Source: Blastocladiella emersonii ATCC 22665 (lineage: Eukaryota; Fungi; Blastocladiomycota). Taken from it: a stretch of DNA of 64,000 nucleotides. The stretch's first letter is position 1; each line of letters begins with the position of its first letter. The DNA lies in the NCBI GenBank assembly GCA_025594325.1, contig JANHCV010000007.1, positions 1,860,001 to 1,924,000 of the forward strand, written 5' to 3'. Positions 41,267 through 50,818 of the stretch are shown here, piece after piece. Below the pieces are notes generated by a model that saw only the letters and a list, made by a program, of their open reading frames with translations, did not search any database and was not told the origin of the DNA. The position numbers and the translations under genes are program-made.

Positions 41267-43035
41267 TCACTCGATCCCGGCCATGACGCGCGTGAACGCG
41301 ACAATCTCGTCGAGCGACCACCCGTCCTGCAGGCCGGCCTTGACGCAGTCCTTGATGTGCGGCAGGACGCGAGGGTCGCGGCCGAGCGCGCTCCACACGC
41401 GCGCCGCCGTCGCCGTGTGCGCCGCGCTGAGACCCGACGGCGTGGTCGCACGCGACGACGTGTCGCGAGCGGGGGCGGGCGAGTGGAACGCGGAGGGAAG
41501 CGCGGGCGAGCTCGACGCCGAACGTGGCCGCGTCTCCTCGGCAGCGAGGGCGGCGGCACGAGCGCTTGCCCTCGAGTCGGGCCGCGGCCGCTTGGCGACG
41601 TGGTCGGCATCGCCCGCTGCCGCCGGGGCCAGGTGCACGTCAACCTCCGCCGGGGTGTGCGGCCGCTTGTGCGGCGAGCTGCGCGGCGGCGCTTCCATCT
41701 CGAGGTTGGCGTCGAGCTCGCCCACCTCCTCGACCGCTGCCGCTTGGCCCACACCAGCGTCCACCGCCATCTCCGCGTCAGCGTCCATCTCCTCGGCATA
41801 GGCAGCCTCCTCGTCCGACTCGGCGTGCTGCGCCGACGTGGACGAGCTCGAGTCGTCGGTCGAGGACGACTCTATGGTGCTGGACCGTAGCTGCGGCGGC
41901 GCGGGTAGCGGCAGCGGGACCGAGCGCTGGGTGAGCGGGATCGAGATGAGAATGTCCTTGGCGCGGCGAGGCTGCGTCTGCGCCTGCGACGATGCGGGTG
42001 CCGGTGCGGGAGGTGCCGCAGCCGCATCCGAGGTGCGCGAACCGCGAGACGCAGCGACGGGGAAGGGGTCGGTGAGGGCGAGCTGGTCGAGCGGGAAGAA
42101 CTTGAGCGCGTCGCCGTCGCGCACAAGGGCGGGCGGGACGAAGGCGGGCGCGTTGACGGTGCGCAGGCCGTTGGCGAGGCGGAACCCGTCGCCGCCATTG
42201 CCGAGCGCGATGCACTCGGTCAGGTACTCATCGATCTGGTCGTCGAGCTGGCTCCCCCAGTCCCAGTGCGACGTCTTGACGCCGAGCGCCTGCTCGAGGA
42301 CCGTGCGCGGTGGGCGCGTGGTCAGCCGCGTGCTCAGGTCCTTGTTCGGGCCGGCGTACAGCGACACGCTCAGCTCCATGATCGCGTCGACGGACCGCCG
42401 CAGCAGCGAGCGCAGCATCACGCGGTCCTCGGGTGAGAGATCGAGCGCGCCGCCGTCGCCGTCGCCATCGACCTTGCGCACGAGCGGGTACGCGTGGACC
42501 ATCTGGTCCTTGAGGGCGCGGTCGCTCGGGCGCGCCGGCACCGTCAGCCGCTTGTGCCGGACCGCGGTGAGCACGACCGCCTTGAAGTTGAGGTCGTACA
42601 GCGTCTGCCGCGCGCGGTCGGCCTCGGGGGTGCCGCCGGCCTGCGAGGCGGACGGCGGCGAGAGCTGCTGGTGCTGCGTGCTCGAGACGGGCAGCTGCGA
42701 GTTGGACGGCGTGGTGCGGTTGCTGGGCGGCATCACGAGGAAGGAGGCCTGCATCGTGGCCTGGTGGAGCCGCTGGCCTCGTTCGCCGCCGTGGCCGCGG
42801 GGCGCTTCGAGGGGCCGGGAGCGGCGGCAGCGAGCGGAACGGGGGCAGGCGCCGTGCCGGGGCCGTCGAGCAGGTCGTCGGACGCCTTTCGCGCGAAGAG
42901 GGCGGCGTGCGGGGTCGGGGACACGACGGGGGTGGCGAGGCCGCCGGAGCCAAACGCGTGGGCGCGGGCCGGCTGGGCGAGCGGGTAGAGCGGGACGCGC
43001 GGCGTCGATTGCGGCCGGTTCTTTTGGCTTTGCAT
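41267..43035 (-). CDS. Highly divergent family member 10; probable 1-bp frameshift near 42775 joining MQSQKN... (43035) to ...LHQATMQASF
   Basis: Remote matches to the family: TLYDLNFKAVVLTAV, LLRRSVDAIM, LEQALGV, LDDQIDEYLTEC, GFRLA...VNAP, and C-terminal VWSALG...AGLQDGWSLDEIVAF. Confidence 0.6.
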
Positions 43036-43242
43036 GGGATTTATCGGGCGGCGGCGCGGACTCAAGGGCATCCGCGGCCGCCGTCGCGCTTGCCGGGCCG
43101 GGCCGCGGGCCGCGGACGCGCTCAGGGGCGTGAAAGTGTGAGTCGACGCTGCTCGCCACCGCGCGCACGGTTTCACCTGTCGCGTCTCGGATCGATCTCG
43201 CACGCTCGCACTGATACGGATACTGTACACATGTATACGATG

Positions 43243-45339
43243 CTATGAGCTCGCTCGACTCGTTGCAGTCGAGAGTGGTAGGGGCGGTGGTGGTGGGTCT
43301 GCGTCCGACTCGGCGTCTGTCGGGTCGGCGTCTGTCGGGTCGGCGTCCGTGTCGTCCCCGTCGACTACGGCGCGCCACTCGTTGTACGAGTCGTCGTCGT
43401 CATCATCTTCCCCTTCCCCTGCTTCTCGTGGCCTTGCGATCTCGCCAGCATCGGCGGCGGGCTGCGACTCGCCCGACTCGGTCCCGCTGCTGCGGTCGAC
43501 CGTGCCGCTCGACCTGTCACGTTCGGCGTCCGCGCTTGAGTTGAGGCTCGGGTCCGACACCGTGCACGTCGTAGCCGTTGCCGTGACCGTGACCGTGAGC
43601 CCCGAGGCGGCGGTCGCCACGCCCGTCGTCGTACTCTGCTGCGGCAGTACGACCGTCGTCGTCGTCCCCGCCGCGTGCGCCGCACCCCCTCGCGTGCTGA
43701 AGAAGGGCAGGCGCACGCGGCGGTTCCGCGCGCCGAGCGTCGATGCGCGCAGCCGCACGAGGACCTTGAACCCGGCCTCGAGCGCGAGCGACGAGATGGC
43801 GAGCAGGTTGGACAGGACCATGCGCGTGAACGGGGCGATGGGCACCGCGCGGAACTGGAGCACGAGGTACAGGACCCACCCGAGCAGCGAGAAGACGTTG
43901 AGCAGGTGCAGCACCGACGACACGGCGAGGTACACGGGCGTCGTCGCCGGGCTCGTGCGCGGGTGCTGCTGCGTCGAGACCGTCGACTGCGCGTGGCTCC
44001 CGCTCGCCGCGTTGGTCGCGACCGACTTGCTGCTCGTCGCGCGCGGGAGGAACGCCGCGGGCTGGACCGTCCCGTTCGGGGTGCCGGCGGGCAGCGCGAT
44101 CCGCAGGTGCGCCGGGTGCCGCGTGCTGCTGATCGCGCCGCCGTTGTGCCCGCTCGACGCGAGGCTGCTGACGGACCGGCCTGCCGTTGGGAGCGACCGC
44201 GGCGCCGTGTCGGCGTTGGCAGACCGGCTCGTCGTTGTCGCTGCGCCACCACCACCGCTCCGCGCCCGCTCGGCGGTCTCCTTTTGCGTCTGCCACTTGC
44301 GCAGCCGGCGCTCGGCGCGTTTCCGTTTCCGTCGCCGGTGGTGCGCCGCGAACTCGGCCTGCAGCGCGTACAGCGTGACGAGCGTGACCGCGACGGGAAA
44401 CACGCCCGTGAGCCCGAGCAGCCACGCGGGCGGGAGAAAGTGGTCCCACGCGTTGGCGGCCTCGGTCTCAACGGACACAATGAGCATGGTGATGATGCTG
44501 CACGGCACGAGGACCAGAACGATGGCACGAACGATCGACCAGAGCAGTCGGCGCGCCGCGCGCGACTTGAAGCACAGGATGCGAACGCGCAGGCTCATGA
44601 TCAGGTCCAGTAGTCCCGCGATCGGCATGAAGAGGACCGTGCGGATGAGGTAGTACGGGTGCATCGACACCCAGGGAAACTCGTGCGTGAGCGTGAGCAG
44701 CACCGCGTTGGTGCTCTCGGCCGCGAGAAGCGTCGCGGTGATGAGGAGCAGCGTGGTGCGGTTCTCGAGCGTCCACGTCTTCTTGGACAGGTGCTCCTTG
44801 AGCCGCCGCGCGTTCTGGATGAAGACCGAATCGGCGATCCAGTCCGAGACGTGCCACCAGCGGCGCAACGTTGGAGCGGGCGCGGCGGTATCGAGGACGT
44901 CCGTCGACTGGAGGTACATGGCCGAGGCGGAGGTGTGCGGGAGCGTGCCACTTCGCGCGAGCGTCGCGGCAGCGGCCTCGGCAGCGTCCGAGGGGTGGTT
45001 CCTCGACCATCGGCGAATGGTCTCATTCCGCTCCATCGTGTTGCCCGCCGGAACCAGCAGCGCGGAGCTCGTGTTGAGGCCGCCGGCGGCGCTGCTGCCC
45101 TGGGTCAGCGCGACGTGGCTGCGGGCAAGAGTCGCGCTCGAAGCGGCGTTGATGGTCGTCCGCGACGGCAAGTGCGCGACGTAGACGGCGCGGTGCAGGT
45201 TCCCGCCGACCTTGGTCCATTGGGTGAAAAAAGACGTGTATAGCAAGAAGAAGAGCAGGCCGTAGCTGAACACGCAGGACGCGATGGCGAGCCAGCGCAC
45301 GTATTCGGCCTCGACCGGCGAGAGCGAGTGGCCGCCCAT
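43243..45339 (-). CDS. Putative 7-transmembrane protein with very long first and third intracellular loops
   Basis: 698 aa; seven hydrophobic stretches judged by eye; basic RRRKRKR after the fifth; acidic tail. Confidence 0.6.
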   Translation of the reverse strand: MGGHSLSPVEAEYVRWLAIASCVFSYGLLFFLLYTSFFTQWTKVGGNLHRAVYVAHLPSRTTINAASSATLARSHVALTQGSSAAGGLNTSSALLVPAGNTMERNETIRRWSRNHPSDAAEAAAATLARSGTLPHTSASAMYLQSTDVLDTAAPAPTLRRWWHVSDWIADSVFIQNARRLKEHLSKKTWTLENRTTLLLITATLLAAESTNAVLLTLTHEFPWVSMHPYYLIRTVLFMPIAGLLDLIMSLRVRILCFKSRAARRLLWSIVRAIVLVLVPCSIITMLIVSVETEAANAWDHFLPPAWLLGLTGVFPVAVTLVTLYALQAEFAAHHRRRKRKRAERRLRKWQTQKETAERARSGGGGAATTTSRSANADTAPRSLPTAGRSVSSLASSGHNGGAISSTRHPAHLRIALPAGTPNGTVQPAAFLPRATSSKSVATNAASGSHAQSTVSTQQHPRTSPATTPVYLAVSSVLHLLNVFSLLGWVLYLVLQFRAVPIAPFTRMVLSNLLAISSLALEAGFKVLVRLRASTLGARNRRVRLPFFSTRGGAAHAAGTTTTVVLPQQSTTTGVATAASGLTVTVTATATTCTVSDPSLNSSADAERDRSSGTVDRSSGTESGESQPAADAGEIARPREAGEGEDDDDDDSYNEWRAVVDGDDTDADPTDADPTDAESDADPPPPPLPLSTATSRASS

Positions 45340-45759
45340 GGTTTGCGTTGCGTTGAGTTACATGGATGCACACGCGCAGGGAGCGATCATTGCAGCCGAG
45401 CGGCTGTGCATGCGCTCGACGGTCGGCGAAATCGGTGTGCTCGGATTTGGACGCGGGACACAACGCGTAGCGAGGGCGGGCGGCGCCGGGTGTGAGACAC
45501 TCGACGCGAGACATTGGTCACGTGCTTGTGATCAGCGCGTGATGGCCCAGGTGATCACCCAGAGGACAGTTGGGACAGTTTGCGGCGTGCTTGTTCGGGG
45601 CGCTTCTCCGCTCGCCGCGCCACGTTTACGTTCCACGGCGTCGAGCGCTCGTCCAGCTGCTCGCCGCCCTTCAAAAGGCACCGCTCCCCCCGCCTCGCTC
45701 TCTCGCTCTCTCTGTGAGCTACCTGCCCTCTTCCCCCCGAACACCGCCCTCCAAACACC

Positions 45760-46680
45760 ATGACCGACGCCAAGACCACGACCGCCGAGCGCCGTCCACT
45801 TCTCGATGCCCTTGAGCTGATCCGCACGACGCTCGGAATCAAGATCTCCGTCGTCAAGGACGGCCTGCGTGTCGAGTCGGGGGACGGCGTCGCCACCTAC
45901 GCCTACAAGGCCGGGCAGCCCGTGTTCGTCGAGTTCGGCCCCAAGCCCCGCCCGGGTTCCTCGTCGGCCGACGCTCCCTCGTCGTCGGGCACCGCGCCGC
46001 GCGATACGCCGTCGGTCGGCGCCAAGAGCGTCGTCAAGCTCGGCGTCAAGCTCGGCGTCAAGGACAAGGGCAAGGCGTCGGTGACGACGGCTGGTGTGGC
46101 ATCGTCGTCCGCCCAGGCCGCCACCGCCCCCGTCACTAACACGTCGACGCGTGGCGCCCCCGAGTCGGCCATGTCGTCCAAGGGTCAGCCCCAGGTCGCG
46201 ATCCAGAACACGCCCCGCGGCGCCGCCGTCCCGTCGCCGATCCAGCCGCCGCGTCCGACCGGCGCCGGCACCGGGCTTCCTGCCGCCGTCACCAAGCTGC
46301 AGACTGGGCAGGTCGAGGACACGGAGGGCCGCGAGCGCTGGTACCGCGTGTGGGCGGGCGAGTTCAGCATCGACCTGCACCAGCAGCTCGTGTCCGGCCG
46401 CGTCATGTACTGCGCGTCGGCGCTCGTGCGCATCCACCACAACAACCAGTACAAGGACGATACTGCGCGTGACATCGCCAGCAAGATTCTCAAGAAGGCC
46501 GGCGGCGACAGCCTCGACGGCGTCTACAAGCCGCGCGGGAACCTGACGCTCATCACGATCGAGGCCTTTGACCGCCACGTCCGCCCCGCGCTCATGGCGC
46601 GCAAGAAGGGCATGTACAAGTGCGTCGCCCCGGGCACCCTGACCAAGGCCGAGTTTGACGCGATCCTCCGCAACGCCTGA
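45760..46680 (+). CDS. Hypothetical protein with an unassigned C-terminal domain shared with 49075-50457
   Basis: 306 aa with GC3-biased codons. Domain reads GRVMYCASALVRIHHNNQYK...ARDIASKILK...LITIEAFDRHV. Confidence 0.75.
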   Translation: MTDAKTTTAERRPLLDALELIRTTLGIKISVVKDGLRVESGDGVATYAYKAGQPVFVEFGPKPRPGSSSADAPSSSGTAPRDTPSVGAKSVVKLGVKLGVKDKGKASVTTAGVASSSAQAATAPVTNTSTRGAPESAMSSKGQPQVAIQNTPRGAAVPSPIQPPRPTGAGTGLPAAVTKLQTGQVEDTEGRERWYRVWAGEFSIDLHQQLVSGRVMYCASALVRIHHNNQYKDDTARDIASKILKKAGGDSLDGVYKPRGNLTLITIEAFDRHVRPALMARKKGMYKCVAPGTLTKAEFDAILRNA

Positions 46681-46852
46681 AGCAATGGCTGCACCATGTG
46701 CCCCTGCTTCGCCGTGCTGAGGTGATCGACGCTCATGATTCTGCTGTTGTTGTCCCTGATTGTGTTTTTGTCCCTGCTCCTCAATGAATTCACCATGAGT
46801 CTCCTTCGGCCTCGTCTGCAACCGAACTCCAAAACTGAGCGTGTATTCCGAT

Positions 46853-48859
46853 CTACGACTTGCGGCGGCTCACCACGAGCCCGTTCCACCACCGCGCGAG
46901 CGCGACGTGTCGGTCCCACCGCAGTCCGCCCGCGAGATCCCACTGGTCCATGACGGCGGCCGCCGCGGCACTCGAGACGCCGCCGCGGTCCGCGACCATG
47001 GCCTCGATCCGGCCCAGGACCGCGGGGACCGCGCTGAGATGGACTGCGTTAGCGAGGACGCACAGCGCGACGAGCGCGTCGTCCCCATCCCCGCCGTCCG
47101 CCGCTGAAACGAGGTCCGCGAGCCACTCGGTCCCGTCGCCCTCCTCGACCACCGCGGCGACGGCCGCAACGGCGCGCCACCGGACCGAGCGCGCGAGATC
47201 GTCGAGCGGCGCGCGCGGGCTGACACGACCAGCCGTGTACCAGTGCGCGGCGTACCACACGGCGAGATCCGCAGACGTGGCGGGGTTGGCGTCGAGCGCG
47301 ACGACGACGAGCCAGTGCACGGCCTCCCACGCGACGGAGCCCGAGTCGAGGTGGTCGAGGTGCGCGGCGAGATCCGCCAAAGTCGCGGCAGACACGCGCG
47401 GGACGAGGCGCGGGTCGGCGGCGATCCAGTTGGCCGCGAACGCGAGGGCGTGCGGCTGCGAGGTCTGGGCGAGCGAGTCGGTCGCGGCGTCGAGCACGTC
47501 GGCGTCGAGCAGCGCCTGAGTCAACTCGGCGAGGTGGTCGGCGTACGACGGGAACGGGGTCGCGCCGAGGTGGTTGTCGGTGACGCGCAGGGTGATGGCG
47601 TGGACGTGCTGCAGGTGGGCGAGGACGGCGACGAGCGCGGACGCGGGGAGGGGAGAGGTCGCGTGGCGAGCGACCACGTCCTGGCCGAACATGACGACGA
47701 GGAACAGCACGCGTTGGGCGACAGTGAGATCGACTTTGGTGAAATCGGTGTCGGGGGCAGCAAGCGTGCGCGAGACGGAATCGACGGCGCCGAAGACCAG
47801 CGGGAGCGGGACGCGCGGGGAAGTGATGAAGCGGCCGACGAGGTGGCCGAGCGGGCCCAGGACGGGCGGCCAGACGCGGTCAGCGGGCCCAAGCTGAGCC
47901 GCTGGAGGTAGGGCCCACACGCGCAGGACGTGCCGCGAGGTTGCGAAAAAGGCAGCGAGATGTGCGAGCAACTCCGGACACGCGGTGGGGAGGTCCCACT
48001 TAGTTTGAGTCGAGATGAGGAGCAGCGCAAACGTGACGGCCTCGACTGCGACGGGCGGAAGCGGGTCGGCGGCAACGGCGCGGAGCAGCTTCAGCATGGG
48101 TTTAGGCGGCGCCAGCTGCTTGGTGTGCGGGCTAAAGAGCGAGACGCTGACGGTGGCGAGCAGGAGAAGCGCGCGAGAGGCCGGCGTGGTTGCAGGGGCG
48201 GCAAAAAGCGCAGCGAGGACGGCATCGCGCGAGCGACGCTGAACGAGCGGAACGCCCTTGCCTGCAGCATTCGCGCCCTGCGGCACGGGGGAGAGGCGGT
48301 CGCGGCTCAGAGCCTGCCAAAAGTAGAGCCACTGCAGGGCGCGGAACGGCGCGTCAAAGAAGGCGGGCGCAGTAAAGAGATGAGGTGCGGCACGCGCAAG
48401 CGGGTGCGCCTTGGGATCTTTTGCGGGAGGCGCGGTCGCGACCGACATGAGCGCCGCGTAGAAGAGCGGGAGGGCGTCGGCGCCCGCGTCGATCCAGCCG
48501 GCAAGCGCAGTTCCCGGCGACACGGGTCCGAGAGAAGCTGTGGCCGACGCGGGAAGCAGGTGCAGCAAGAGTGCGGCCGTGACACACCGCGCCCGTGCAT
48601 GCGTCGTGTCCGAGCGGACCGCGAGCTGGGCGGCGCGCGGCCAGTGGTCGGACAGGAGCATCTCGGCGGCGAGGTCCATGGTGCGGGCGGCCTGGGCGGT
48701 CACGGCAAGGAAGGCGAGGGAGAAGGCCGCGTCGTCGCATGGTTGGTCAGCGGCGGCGGCGGACAGCAGCGCCGTGGCGCGGTCGACGGGCGGCAGCGCG
48801 GCGTGGACCGTGTCCGCGGGAGCGGGCGGACTCGTTGCGGGCAGTTTCGGTTCATTCAT
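46853..48859 (-). CDS. Hypothetical alpha-helical (HEAT/ARM-like) protein
   Basis: Long Leu/Ala-rich amphipathic ORF; likely start MNEPKLP at 48859; no recognised motif. Confidence 0.6.
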   Translation of the reverse strand: MNEPKLPATSPPAPADTVHAALPPVDRATALLSAAAADQPCDDAAFSLAFLAVTAQAARTMDLAAEMLLSDHWPRAAQLAVRSDTTHARARCVTAALLLHLLPASATASLGPVSPGTALAGWIDAGADALPLFYAALMSVATAPPAKDPKAHPLARAAPHLFTAPAFFDAPFRALQWLYFWQALSRDRLSPVPQGANAAGKGVPLVQRRSRDAVLAALFAAPATTPASRALLLLATVSVSLFSPHTKQLAPPKPMLKLLRAVAADPLPPVAVEAVTFALLLISTQTKWDLPTACPELLAHLAAFFATSRHVLRVWALPPAAQLGPADRVWPPVLGPLGHLVGRFITSPRVPLPLVFGAVDSVSRTLAAPDTDFTKVDLTVAQRVLFLVVMFGQDVVARHATSPLPASALVAVLAHLQHVHAITLRVTDNHLGATPFPSYADHLAELTQALLDADVLDAATDSLAQTSQPHALAFAANWIAADPRLVPRVSAATLADLAAHLDHLDSGSVAWEAVHWLVVVALDANPATSADLAVWYAAHWYTAGRVSPRAPLDDLARSVRWRAVAAVAAVVEEGDGTEWLADLVSAADGGDGDDALVALCVLANAVHLSAVPAVLGRIEAMVADRGGVSSAAAAAVMDQWDLAGGLRWDRHVALARWWNGLVVSRRKS

Positions 48860-49074
48860 TTGCGATCCATGGAGCGGCGTGCGGTGAGGTGATCGCTGCG
48901 GAGCGGACAGCGGAGAAAGGCGTCGTCGCGGCGCGGAGAACAGAAGAACTGTCCAAGGCACACGTGGCGTTCCGCCCTTGGTCGCCGTCGACTCCCCCGT
49001 GCGGTCGCGGCCCACACTGTCCGCGCCCGACTCGGGCCCGACGCTTAAAAGCCGGCAGGGCACCTGCGCCCTCC

Positions 49075-50457
49075 ATGTACTCGATGCAACCATCTCCTGT
49101 GACCACCATGCACGCCTTCCCGACCCTCCCCGGCCACCGCGCTGCCGCCGCCGTGCGCGCATCGACGTCGTCGGTCGCGTCCACCGACTCGTGGCCGACG
49201 GCCGCCTCGGACCGCACCCCGCACCCGAACCAGGGCCCGAACCCCAACGTCGTGCAGATCGTCAAGAAGAAGAAGGTGCCGGCGCCCGCGACCGAGGCGG
49301 ACGAGGCCCTCAGGCGGCTGCGCGACCGGCTCGACCGCGAGAAGCGCGAGTACATTGACGCGGCGCGCGCCGCGCTCAAGGCCGAGGTCAAGGCGCTCGA
49401 GCGCAAGGTCGAGGCGTCGGAGCTCAAGGCCGAGGTCGCCAAGCTGCGCCTCAAGCAGCTCAAGGTCGCCGCGACGGCCGTGGCGGCGGGCGACGACACG
49501 GACGACACCGACGCCGAGTCGGACGCGGGCACCACCATGGTCGACGATCTCGGCGCCATTGTGGACCCAAAGTACTCGCCGCGCATCGAAGCCACGCTCG
49601 CGGCTCTCGACGGCGCCGAGCAGTCGCTCGCGACGGCCAAGGCCGAGCAGCGCGCGGCCGATGCGGCGGCCCGCAGCGCGAAACGCGCGCTCGACATGGT
49701 GCGCGCCGAGTACGCGGCGGCCGCGGCGAAACGCAAGCAGCAGCAGCACGAGGCCGAGATCGCGGCCGCCGTCGAGGCGGCAACCGCTGCTGCCACGGCG
49801 GCGGCGACCGAGGCGGCGGAGGCAGCGGCGGCAGCCAAGCGGCGAGCGGAACCGCCCGTCACCGTCACGCCGCGCGCCGCGCCGTCGCCGTGGTCGCACA
49901 GCGGGTCCAGCACGGGACCCACCACCACCACGTCGGGCTACTCGAGCGACGATTACCTGCTCAGCGAGTCGCGCTTCACCGCGGGCGACCGCAGCCGCAG
50001 CACCAGCGGCGGCCTGACGAGCGACGACGACGGGCTGTCCAAGCAGCGGTACTCGGCCCCCGCCTTTGCCAGCAACAGCAGTAGCAGCAGCGGCGGCAGC
50101 AACGCCAAGCAGTCGGCGGCGTACGTGCCCAACCTCGGGCGGCACCGGTACGTGGCGGCCATGGCGCGCGAGCGCGGGGTGCAGGTGCCGTGGTACCGCG
50201 ACCCGGAGCTCGGGATCCTGTACCAGGCGGGCCTGCTCAGCTCGCTGCACGGCAACTACAAGTCGCTCAAGACGGCGTTTGACTGCGCGTCGCGGTCGAT
50301 CCGCACCTACGGGTACGCCAACGGCAAGCCGGCGCGCGGGCTGGTCCTCAAGCACTCGTGGTTCGCCACCATCGAGGCGTTTGACGAGTACATTCTCTCG
50401 CACATCCGCGGCGGTGTACCGCAGACGCTCGACGACGGCGGCACGCTCTTCGACTAG
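49075..50457 (+). CDS. Coiled-coil protein with an unassigned C-terminal domain shared with 45760-46680
   Basis: Likely start MYSMQP at 49075. Long A/E/K/R heptad region. Domain reads GILYQAGLLSSLHGNYKSLKTAFDCASRSIR...FATIEAFDEYI. Confidence 0.75.
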   Translation: MYSMQPSPVTTMHAFPTLPGHRAAAAVRASTSSVASTDSWPTAASDRTPHPNQGPNPNVVQIVKKKKVPAPATEADEALRRLRDRLDREKREYIDAARAALKAEVKALERKVEASELKAEVAKLRLKQLKVAATAVAAGDDTDDTDAESDAGTTMVDDLGAIVDPKYSPRIEATLAALDGAEQSLATAKAEQRAADAAARSAKRALDMVRAEYAAAAAKRKQQQHEAEIAAAVEAATAAATAAATEAAEAAAAAKRRAEPPVTVTPRAAPSPWSHSGSSTGPTTTTSGYSSDDYLLSESRFTAGDRSRSTSGGLTSDDDGLSKQRYSAPAFASNSSSSSGGSNAKQSAAYVPNLGRHRYVAAMARERGVQVPWYRDPELGILYQAGLLSSLHGNYKSLKTAFDCASRSIRTYGYANGKPARGLVLKHSWFATIEAFDEYILSHIRGGVPQTLDDGGTLFD

Positions 50458-50818
50458 GGCGGGCGTGTCGCTCGCTCCTGATGGAGGATCACGCGCCGTG
50501 TCAGGCCCGGATCCTCCCATATCACTGCTTGAATACATGCGCTTTTTTCTCGTCTGAGAATCGAATTCGGTGACTGAGCAGCCAGAGAGCGTGACGCCGA
50601 GGCCGAACTCGCGGACCAAGGCCGGCGGAAGCAGGTCGCAGCAGGCGGGCCGCCTGGCGCCGCCATCCGCCGCCGCGACCGATCTGTGCATGCGTCCCGT
50701 CTCCGTCTCCGTCTCCGTCCCCGCTGCCGGGACGATAAATACAGCGACGCTCCCCCCGCACATCTCGGCCCGCTCCCACTCGGTGCACTCGCATTGCACG
50801 CCCGCAACCCACCACGCC

